NCBI GenBank assembly: GCA_041661305.1
Contig: JBAZUR010000001.1
Coordinates: 33,591 to 97,590 of the forward strand
From: Minisyncoccota bacterium
GTDB lineage: Bacteria > Patescibacteriota > Minisyncoccia > Phycocordibacterales > VMEP01
DNA length: 64,000 nt
Direction of reading: 5' to 3'
Part shown: positions 20,422-28,231 of the stretch, one piece after another
Layout of the letters: each line of letters begins with the position of its first letter
Position numbering within the stretch: the first letter of the stretch is position 1
Translations under genes and position numbers: made by a program
The notes under the pieces: generated by a model
What the model saw: only the letters and a program-made list of their open reading frames with translations
Databases searched by the model: none
What the model was told of the DNA's origin: nothing

Positions 20422-21576
20422 TTATATGCCACGCTCTGACTCTAATATTTTGTGAGGCATTTTAATCTGATGGATACGGTTCTGTATCTTTACTAGAAGC
20501 CAAGCTAAAAATAGAATAAGGATAAGGTGTAAGACCATAGCTAACCAGCCGGGAAAAAATTTAAAAAAGAAATCGTAGCGCGATACCAGAGGCCAGTGAA
20601 GCAGGTAAACTTCATAAGCATAAAGGCCAAAAAGCGAGAAAGCTTTAATCTCGAATTTTTTCAGAGAAAAAAGAAATATTACAGCGCTCATTGTGACAAG
20701 ACTAATTAACTGTTCTTTCCATAAGCTTTCTCCTACACCAGAATAGTATGCAGTATAACCAACTAAGATTAACAGGGCTGTTAAAACTCCATAATATATA
20801 ACATGCTTCATAATTCTTAGATTATTCCAAAATATATTTAATTTTTTTATTTTGTTAAGAATTATCGGTAGCCAAACTGACGATTTAGAAAACAGCGAAG
20901 CAACAGCTACACCAAGAGGGAAGGCCAACATATGTAACTGATATAAATGGAAAACACTTTCAGTGACCGGAAGATTCAACTGAAGTATGAAATATGAAGA
21001 AATATAAACAAGAATTGCTGTGAACCAAGAGTGTTTTCTGAGAAAAAGTAACGGAAAAACTAGATAATAAAAGAGGATTTGGGTAAAAAACCAAAGAGGT
21101 GAATCAATATCAGTAAATAGATCAGCGCTTCCGAAAAATCCAAATAGAGTTTTGAGAATGTATGTTGAGCTATATGAAATGTGTAGAAGGAAAAAGTCTA
21201 GTAGGAAAAAGATGATAAGAATTATCCAAAAAGGAACGAACAATCTTAATAAACGTTTTTCGTAAAACTCGCTGATTTGCAACTTCTCTTTTAACGAGCT
21301 AATGGTCAGCCCGTATCCAGATAAAAATAAAAATAAGTTTACCCCCACGCCCGCCATAATAGATAGGGGAAATAAAAAATTATGATTATCTGAAAGGAAA
21401 TAACCAACGTGGGAAAAGATTATGGCTAAAATCGCCAATCCCTTAAGTTCACGTGTTAGCTCCAAAGAAAATAGCTCATGTTTTTCTTTTCGCCTGATTG
21501 ATATAAGTAGAACAAAAACAAAAATTACTATAAATATACTGGTTGAGAGAATCGGATTATTTATATAAATCGGCAT
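20422..21576 (-). CDS. Acyltransferase family 3 (OatA-like) membrane protein
   Basis: 384 aa, 10-11 TM helices, N-terminal RRKEKHELFSLELTRELKGLAILAIIFSHVG typical of acyltransferase_3. Confidence 0.7.
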   Translation of the reverse strand: MPIYINNPILSTSIFIVIFVFVLLISIRRKEKHELFSLELTRELKGLAILAIIFSHVGYFLSDNHNFLFPLSIMAGVGVNLFLFLSGYGLTISSLKEKLQISEFYEKRLLRLFVPFWIILIIFFLLDFFLLHISYSSTYILKTLFGFFGSADLFTDIDSPLWFFTQILFYYLVFPLLFLRKHSWFTAILVYISSYFILQLNLPVTESVFHLYQLHMLAFPLGVAVASLFSKSSVWLPIILNKIKKLNIFWNNLRIMKHVIYYGVLTALLILVGYTAYYSGVGESLWKEQLISLVTMSAVIFLFSLKKFEIKAFSLFGLYAYEVYLLHWPLVSRYDFFFKFFPGWLAMVLHLILILFLAWLLVKIQNRIHQIKMPHKILESERGI

Positions 21577-21609
21577 AAATTATTTTAGAGGAGCCGAAGA
21601 AGTTTCAGT

Positions 21610-21779
21610 TTGTGATGTAATTCTATCCTTTGCACGAACCTTTTTCGAGCGGAGCTCGTAACGCCTCGCTTCACTCGGCGCCCACCGCGCGATTACGCGC
21701 GGTCGCCCTTCGCCCCATCGCTCTCCATTCTTTATCAGTCCGGCGGGAAATTCTTTGATTTAGGTATGGGCGATGGGGC
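21610..21779. repeat. IR-A left copy (170 bp perfect inverted repeat)
   Basis: Exact reverse complement of 27906-28075. GC-rich. Confidence 0.9.
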
Positions 21780-22310
21780 TTCGGGCGAAATGCAAATTCA
21801 GAATACATCAATCGTGTCTCGGTCATTACTCTATCATTTTGCTTTCCTGACTTAAAGGGGTCCATCCTCGGCATTCGCCTCGGGCATTTCCGCTATGGCT
21901 ACGAGCGCCTAGATGTCTAGGAGCGGGCATTCTCTCGCCAACGGCTCAAATACCAGGAGATGAGCCGTTCGGCTCGCTTGCCCGCGACCATTTGGGGAGA
22001 GGAAGTTATCCTCTCCCCAGCGTCGGGCTCCTCCTCGCAGTGGTTAGCGGGAGTATTCAGTGCCGTATTTCCTTAGTGGTTTGCCTGTGTTTTCCTCTCG
22101 CTTTTATGTGCCTACGGAGTCCGCCCTCGCACAACCCCTCTCCTCGTTTTCAATATTTCCTTAGTAGTGTCGCTTCCGCTACTTAGCTTCGCGTTTCAAG
22201 ATAGAGTCGGCGCTCGTCCTTTAGTCATGGACGCCATAGCGGAAATGCCCGAGGCGCAAATGCATGTGCTTGCCCCTCCCTCCCGTGCGCGCACGCACCC
22301 GCTCCCTTGT

Positions 22311-22880
22311 TTAGATTTTAGAATACGATACGCTTTTTCCTGTTTTGCCTGTTTGTTTGATTTTCCCTTCTTTCGCCAGTGTTGATAGATACCTTGTCGC
22401 TGTGGCATCAGACACATGCAGGAGTTTCTCCACCTCGTCGTTAGTTATGCTTGCCCGCTTCTCAAGCAATACCAAAATCTTTTCCAGTTTCTTTCGTTTC
22501 CGGAACTGCATTGCGTTTCGCGCAATCGCTAGCAATTCACGGGCTCGGCTTCTTGGTTCTACTGCCGGAGTCGGAACTTGAGCCATTGGTTCGGGCTTCA
22601 ACGGCTCATTTGCCGGTATTTGAGCCGTTTGGGTTTGGGCTGGTTCGGCAACCGGTTCAAGAGCTAAATCAGGCTCATTTTGGGCTTCCGGTTGAGCCGT
22701 TTTCTCGGGTTCGGGGGCTTGGGCTGTAGGCTCGTTTGGTGGCTCAGAAACGGCAGGCGTATCAATGACCGGAGACGATATAACTTCGCTTGCGGGGGCT
22801 TCCACGGCCTCAGGGGGCACAGGGGAGGGTTCGGAAACGGTTGTATCTTTGGGAGGGAGTGTTAGGGGGTCTGGGGGCAT
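22311..22880 (-). CDS. Pro/Glu-rich protein with C-terminal winged-helix DNA-binding domain
   Basis: Low-complexity PEPxA N-terminus. C-terminal LLEKRASITNDEVEKLLHVSDATATRYLSTLAKEGKIKQTGKTGKSVSY wHTH. Confidence 0.5.
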   Translation of the reverse strand: MPPDPLTLPPKDTTVSEPSPVPPEAVEAPASEVISSPVIDTPAVSEPPNEPTAQAPEPEKTAQPEAQNEPDLALEPVAEPAQTQTAQIPANEPLKPEPMAQVPTPAVEPRSRARELLAIARNAMQFRKRKKLEKILVLLEKRASITNDEVEKLLHVSDATATRYLSTLAKEGKIKQTGKTGKSVSYSKI

Positions 22881-22908
22881 ATTTATATTTTAGCAAAATA
22901 AAAAACAT

Positions 22909-24402
22909 CTATCCTAAAGCAACCAGTCCATCCTTTAGTACCATCGTGGCTTTACAGTCATCTTCGTTATATTCAAGTATCCTATTTATAACTTTTTCGT
23001 CTTTTGTATTGATATAATCATTAAACCACTGAATAGACAGTGCCCCGGATGGTGTTTCGTCGCGCCAATGAAATCCTAGATATGTAGCGAGCGCTTTGAG
23101 AGAATAGCTACCTACCGGCCAGTCTGTCATCTTAAGTACAACTTGGTATAAATCAATAACATTTGGATTATCAAAAAATTCTTCAACCTCTTTCGCTGAA
23201 ATTACCTCAGGATATTTTTTCTGCATCTTGCTATATGTAGTTTTTTCATGATGAGAATAGTAATACACGGAAAAATCTCCTTTAGGTAATGATTTTACAT
23301 AAGTCCAAAAATCTCCCCACGCTTTTTTCTCCGCGTCCGCTGTTATTTCGTGTGCAGTAAAATGCAAATAGCGTTCTCTTTCCTTTGTTCTCTCGTAAAC
23401 TCCGTGCATATAAACAAACTCTTGAGTGGGGTCATCTTCAATATCAAAAAATAACTCATGAGATACTTCAGGGAAATCTAATTCCCCATAAATAAGAGGT
23501 TTTTTAGATACCTTAAGAATTTGTGCCCTCCTAACAGCTTTCTCAAGAGTGGATTTACCTACCCCTTTAAGAAAGGTTTTGTCTTTCTCTTTCTGTTCCA
23601 GAAGTCCGTCAGTATCAATTTTTAAAAGACTATCAATAGTATTTACACCTGCATCCTCGGCAAGAACATCTCTTACTGAACGACCGACATAAAAGATGTT
23701 AGTTGGGTCATCATTATCTTTTGCCCACTTACTACAACTTAGATACCATGGGCACAACTTACAAATTCCAGACATTGCTGGCTTATTCGTTGCTTTATTT
23801 TCCATCAAAATACCAACATTGTTTTTTATTGATTCATAAAATTCCCACCATGTACGCTTATCTCTTTGCCCCATAGCGTCATTGAGATTGTAGGTGACTT
23901 CCTTTCCCTCAATATCAAGAACCACAGCACAATCATTGTTTTTAAAACCATTCTTTTTTAATACATCAACATATAAAGCTAGCTGTACTGCATAATGTTT
24001 TTTAGGTTTTCCTTCCTCGTCCTCGTCACTATTAGCCCCCTCAAAAGCAAGTCCGGACTTAATGTCTATAGGAACATAAGAACCATCAGGTTCTAAACGA
24101 AGTAGGTCTGGAATACCCAAAAGGTTGTCATAGCACAACACCCCCTGATAAATAAGAGGGATTTTGTCGGAAAGGGCTTTAATGGTTTTTTGAAATCGTT
24201 CATCAAGAGAGCCTTCTGTTAAGTCAAGGTATTCCTCAAGCAAACTAACTCGCTTTTTTTCATAAGCAATTCCTTTAGACCAAAGAAGTTCTACGAAAGG
24301 GTTAGTTTCCTTTATTTTCTCATCTTGTGGGCCGTATTCATCTCGCCAAATACGATGCGGACATTGAATATAGTCGTAAAGTTTGGATGCGGTTATATAC
24401 AT
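22909..24402 (-). CDS. Cas4/RecB-like PD-(D/E)XK Fe-S nuclease with a C-terminal domain of unknown function
   Basis: N-terminal YIQCPHRIW Cys, GIPDLL, IDIKSG (ExK-type), QLALYVDVL (QxxxY) and C-terminal CKLCPWYLSC (Cx2Cx5C), the Cas4/AddB-type 4-Cys cluster. About 270 aa extra C-terminal domain (possibly DUF2779-like; uncertain). Confidence 0.7.
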   Translation of the reverse strand: MYITASKLYDYIQCPHRIWRDEYGPQDEKIKETNPFVELLWSKGIAYEKKRVSLLEEYLDLTEGSLDERFQKTIKALSDKIPLIYQGVLCYDNLLGIPDLLRLEPDGSYVPIDIKSGLAFEGANSDEDEEGKPKKHYAVQLALYVDVLKKNGFKNNDCAVVLDIEGKEVTYNLNDAMGQRDKRTWWEFYESIKNNVGILMENKATNKPAMSGICKLCPWYLSCSKWAKDNDDPTNIFYVGRSVRDVLAEDAGVNTIDSLLKIDTDGLLEQKEKDKTFLKGVGKSTLEKAVRRAQILKVSKKPLIYGELDFPEVSHELFFDIEDDPTQEFVYMHGVYERTKERERYLHFTAHEITADAEKKAWGDFWTYVKSLPKGDFSVYYYSHHEKTTYSKMQKKYPEVISAKEVEEFFDNPNVIDLYQVVLKMTDWPVGSYSLKALATYLGFHWRDETPSGALSIQWFNDYINTKDEKVINRILEYNEDDCKATMVLKDGLVALG

Positions 24403-24463
24403 ACAAGTATCAGAAAACTATACCACTTGCTTTGTTTTATTTATATACCACCTAAAATCACAA

Positions 24464-25306
24464 TTATTGATTGGTTGGTTTAGCTATACCGGAAACAACA
24501 GAATTAACTTTTGAAAATAAATCTGGACTGTTTTCCTTCTCCTTTACATGATTGTCCTTGATATTTTTCATGGGCGAGGAATAAAGATCAGTGACGGCTC
24601 CAAGAATGAAGTCAAGTTTTTGCTGATAAGTAGTGGATTGGTAGTCAGAAAAAATTTCTTCAATTATATTTTTGTATGCTTCAAATGAGCGTGCGATAGC
24701 AGCTTTAAAAGTATATTCTTCAATGAGATTTCGTATCCGACCATATTCTCTACTGGTAAAAACGACAAAATAGACAATAGGGGAAGTCAGGGCAACTTTT
24801 ATTAGAAAGCTAACTTCAAATATAGTTTCTTTTTCTAGAATCTGCCAGACAACTATACCAACGGTGGCAATAATAAGAACGACCACTGCTCCAACTAGCC
24901 ACCAAAACCATTTTATTTTCTCTTTTCCCAACTCGTCCTTAACTCCTTCAAATGTACTCGCAAGCTTCGCATTTGCAGCCACCCCAAGTTGCGCCTGAGT
25001 CTCTTTAATAAACTCTTCTACTTTCTGTTGTAACTCTTTTGTTTTTTCAACTAAGTCGGACACTTCTCCTTCTCGTGTAATAACTTGTTCGTTTAGACTT
25101 TTTACCTCTGTGGTTATGCGGTTTAGTTCTTCGCTCCGTGTTGGCAAATCGTTTAGAAAAGAATCAATGTTAGTTTTTTTAGTTTGAGCGTCATTAATAA
25201 GATTTGGTAAACCCTGTCCTTGTTGAACAAGACTGTTTAAATCACCTAATGCCGTAAGTCGCTGATTTATCTCTGTAAGGACTTGTTGTAATTCTTTTTT
25301 ATTCAC
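24464..25306 (-). CDS. Coiled-coil membrane protein (hypothetical)
   Basis: N-terminal ~130 aa heptad-rich, two TM helices (FWWLVGAVVVLIIATVGIVVW; IKVALTSPIVYFVVF), C-terminal soluble tail. Confidence 0.5.
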   Translation of the reverse strand: MNKKELQQVLTEINQRLTALGDLNSLVQQGQGLPNLINDAQTKKTNIDSFLNDLPTRSEELNRITTEVKSLNEQVITREGEVSDLVEKTKELQQKVEEFIKETQAQLGVAANAKLASTFEGVKDELGKEKIKWFWWLVGAVVVLIIATVGIVVWQILEKETIFEVSFLIKVALTSPIVYFVVFTSREYGRIRNLIEEYTFKAAIARSFEAYKNIIEEIFSDYQSTTYQQKLDFILGAVTDLYSSPMKNIKDNHVKEKENSPDLFSKVNSVVSGIAKPTNQ

Positions 25307-25402
25307 AAATTTTTTTATCTAACTAATAATGTGGATAACTAGTTTTGGACTTTCTAGTTTTGTTCTAGTATAATTGATGGGTAAGAAACAAGTCAAGCCT
25401 AT

Positions 25403-26926
25403 ATGCTCACAAAACGCCAAAAAGAAGTTCTAGACTTCGTAGGAAGTTATTCCCAAAAGAAAGGTTATTCTCCATCGTTTGAAGAAATCAAAAAGCGACT
25501 TAAGCTCGCCTCTGTCTCAACTGTTCATTTCCATATATCAAAACTCAAAGAAGGTGGTTATTTAGGAAAAACAGAAAATAAGGCTCGTGCCATTAGTGTT
25601 GCGTCTAAAGAACCGATGATCAAAATCCCTCTTTTGGGAACTATCGCAGCCGGAGAGCCTATAGAGGCAATTCGTCAAAATGAGTTTATTGCTGTTCCTA
25701 AGAATGTATTACCTAGTACCGGTAATCTTTATGCTTTGAGAGTGATAGGAAATAGTATGATAGATGAAAATATTAAAAACGGAGATATTGTCTTAGTAAA
25801 ACAGCAAGATGTCGCGGAAAATGGAGAAAGGGTTGTTGCTTTAATTGATAATCATGAGGCAACGCTTAAGAAATTTTATAAAGAACGAGGATATATACGA
25901 CTTCAACCGGCAAATAAAACCTTTGAACCGATTATTATAAGAAAAGATCGTGACATTAAAATTCAAGGAGTTGTTATAGATGTTATTAAAAACGAGGAGG
26001 AATTACAGGCGGAGGAAATTACAATAATCAAAGAGACAAAAAAGGAAAGAAAGTTACCCCTTAATAAAATAATTTTAGGAGACGCTATCCAAGAACTAAG
26101 AAAACTCCCTAATGAAAGTTGTGATGTTGTTATAATTGATCCACCCTATAATATCGGTAAAGATTTTGGAAATAATATAGATAAAAGAGAACTTGGAGAA
26201 TATGTGGAGTGGTGTAAAAGTTGGATAGACGAAAGCATAAGAATCATGAAGCCAAATGGGACAATGTTTATTTATGGTTTTAGTGAAATTTTGGCTTACC
26301 TTTCTATTGAAATCCCGATACAAAAACGGTGGTTAATTTGGCATTATACAAATAAAAATGTTGCCTCACTCAATTTTTGGCAACGAAGCCATGAAGCAAT
26401 AATTTGCGCATGGAAAGATAAACCTGTTTTCAATAGGGATGAAGTTAGAGAACCATACACAGACGGCTTCCTAAATGGAGCTGCCGGCAAGGTAAGAAAA
26501 GGAACTCTCGGGAGATTTAGTAGCAGTGGTCTAGAAACTGTCTATAAAGCTCACGCGGGCGGGGCTCTGCCAAGAGATGTAATCAAAATTCCGGCTCTTG
26601 CTGGAGGAGCGGGAATGAACGAAAGATGGTTTTTGTGTAAAACCTGTGACGATGTTTGTGAACCACGACAACTGAAAAATCATGAGGGGCATGAAGTAAT
26701 GAAGCACCCGACACAAAAACCATTTGAGCTATCTAAGAAATTAATAAAATCTGCTATGCCTAAAAAGGACGGAATTGTGTTGGTTCCCTTCGTTGGTACT
26801 GGTTCAGAATGCGCGGCGGCAAAAGAATTAGGTCAATCGTATATTGGCTTTGAAATTAACCCTGACTATGTGAGGTTAGCTGAAAAAATGGTAGGCGATA
26901 AAAAATCGGTTGCCAAATTATTTTAA
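25403..26926 (+). CDS. Full-length LexA repressor fused in-frame to a DNA methyltransferase (beta-class N6A/N4C)
   Basis: Residues 1-200 align over their whole length with LexA: LTKRQKEVLDFV HTH, IAAGEP cleavage site, GNSM Ser and LKKFYK Lys. Residues ~230-507 carry VVIIDPPYN (motif IV), then C-terminal VLVPFVGTGSE (motif I) and a CxxC..H..H insert. Confidence 0.8.
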   Translation: MLTKRQKEVLDFVGSYSQKKGYSPSFEEIKKRLKLASVSTVHFHISKLKEGGYLGKTENKARAISVASKEPMIKIPLLGTIAAGEPIEAIRQNEFIAVPKNVLPSTGNLYALRVIGNSMIDENIKNGDIVLVKQQDVAENGERVVALIDNHEATLKKFYKERGYIRLQPANKTFEPIIIRKDRDIKIQGVVIDVIKNEEELQAEEITIIKETKKERKLPLNKIILGDAIQELRKLPNESCDVVIIDPPYNIGKDFGNNIDKRELGEYVEWCKSWIDESIRIMKPNGTMFIYGFSEILAYLSIEIPIQKRWLIWHYTNKNVASLNFWQRSHEAIICAWKDKPVFNRDEVREPYTDGFLNGAAGKVRKGTLGRFSSSGLETVYKAHAGGALPRDVIKIPALAGGAGMNERWFLCKTCDDVCEPRQLKNHEGHEVMKHPTQKPFELSKKLIKSAMPKKDGIVLVPFVGTGSECAAAKELGQSYIGFEINPDYVRLAEKMVGDKKSVAKLF

Positions 26927-27613
26927 AGCCTCATCCATTTCCTTTTTCTTCTGCTCAAAGGCGTAAGGAGTAAAAACAACGAAACCATTAGGGAATCGTT
27001 TTAATTCTTTGTTATCTTGGAACCTTTTATATGGGAGTTTATATTCGCCGTCCTTTTTCTTTGGGTTTTCAAAATACTCACTACTTGGAACTTCATAATT
27101 AATATCAATGAACTCGCCTTCTATTTTGTTTTTGACTCCTCCCTTACCACGCCTAACCTCGCCACTGAATGATTTCTTTTTAACTTGGTAGTTCAAGATT
27201 TTGCCTCTATATGTAATTTGAAAATCTGCTCCCTGATGGTCAAGCTCGCCTGACATAGAAACTGTGCCTTCGCCAAAAACTGATTCTGCAACATAACCGG
27301 CGTGGATTTGAGTGATTATACTCGCCCATGTTCTATAAATTCTAGCGGGCAATCCTTTATGAAAACATTCTTTACACATCCCAATTTTTTCTTGAAACTT
27401 TTTAATCTCTGCCCCATATTCACTCATATACTCTTTGTAAAATTCATCAAAACTTAGAAATTCTTTCTTCCCCCAGTATATTTTGTAGAGTAGGTTAATA
27501 GCTTGGATTTCTTTTGGTAAATCCATTTCCACGATCTTAACAGGTCTATATTTTTCACGATAGGACTTAAGGTCAACTGATTGTAAAAATTTGTCGAATT
27601 TTTGGACTAGCAT
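26918..27613 (-). CDS. Candidate type II restriction endonuclease (no recognisable family)
   Basis: 231 aa. Convergent with the MTase with a 9-nt 3' overlap. Immediately downstream of and co-oriented with the XRE controller gene. Possible D..(ADFQI)..K core. Confidence 0.4.
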   Translation of the reverse strand: MLVQKFDKFLQSVDLKSYREKYRPVKIVEMDLPKEIQAINLLYKIYWGKKEFLSFDEFYKEYMSEYGAEIKKFQEKIGMCKECFHKGLPARIYRTWASIITQIHAGYVAESVFGEGTVSMSGELDHQGADFQITYRGKILNYQVKKKSFSGEVRRGKGGVKNKIEGEFIDINYEVPSSEYFENPKKKDGEYKLPYKRFQDNKELKRFPNGFVVFTPYAFEQKKKEMDEALK

Positions 27614-27616
27614 AAA

Positions 27617-27835
27617 TTATAGAAAATATGATGACGGTTTTTGGTATATCTCTGCAAATTTTTTCATTTCTGCCACATCAAGCCTTCTTTCACCAGATTC
27701 AATCTTTGAGATAAAAGATTGTGGTTTCCCGAGCTTATCAGCAACATCTTGCTGTGCTAATCCGGCTTCAACACGCGCCTTTTTCAAGCGTCTTATAATC
27801 TCTTTGTAGTCCTTTGAATAAACAGATTTACTCAT
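27617..27835 (-). CDS. XRE-family HTH regulator (C-protein-like controller)
   Basis: MSKSVYSKDYKEIIRRLKKARVEAGLAQQDVADKLGKPQSFISKIESGERRLDV is a canonical HTH_XRE. Start taken at the internal ATG; the longer ORF extends into IR-A. Confidence 0.7.
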   Translation of the reverse strand: MSKSVYSKDYKEIIRRLKKARVEAGLAQQDVADKLGKPQSFISKIESGERRLDVAEMKKFAEIYQKPSSYFL

Positions 27836-27870
27836 GTATTTAGTATGATATATCCTTTTATGGTATAATC

Positions 27871-27897
27871 CCAAAATAGGATTATATAGAGTAGTTT
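27871..27897 (-). promoter_or_regulatory. Candidate C-box/operator palindrome upstream of the controller gene
   Basis: TATAATCC-tattttg-GGATTATA inverted repeat about 35-60 bp upstream of the XRE start. Confidence 0.35.
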
Positions 27898-27905
27898 TAC
27901 CCCTC

Positions 27906-28075
27906 GCCCCATCGCCCATACCTAAATCAAAGAATTTCCCGCCGGACTGATAAAGAATGGAGAGCGATGGGGCGAAGGGCGACCGCGCGTAATCGCGCGG
28001 TGGGCGCCGAGTGAAGCGAGGCGTTACGAGCTCCGCTCGAAAAAGGTTCGTGCAAAGGATAGAATTACATCACAA
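27906..28075. repeat. IR-A right copy (170 bp)
   Basis: Exact reverse complement of 21610-21779. Its outer 6 bp overlap IR-B left. Confidence 0.9.
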
Positions 28076-28206
28076 TTTGATACATCGGCTGGATTAAGAA
28101 AAAAATCGGCGTCCGCCTTCGGCGGAGTAAGTGGAGATAAAACGAAATCTGCCTTGCGGGTGCGGGCGAAATCGGAGGGCGGGCAAAATGAGATTGAGAT
28201 AGTTTT
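28070..28206. repeat. IR-B left copy (137 bp perfect inverted repeat)
   Basis: Exact reverse complement of 29624-29760. Confidence 0.9.
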
Positions 28207-28231
28207 TAAAGATTTTGAATCCAAAAGCGAT

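Noticed and set aside
21671-21874. 67-aa ORF inside IR-A left, and the mirrored N-terminal extension of the XRE gene (27836-27919) inside IR-A right
   Set aside because: Both are encoded by the inverted-repeat sequence itself. The XRE protein has a good internal start (MSKSV...), so the extension is treated as read-through of repeat DNA.
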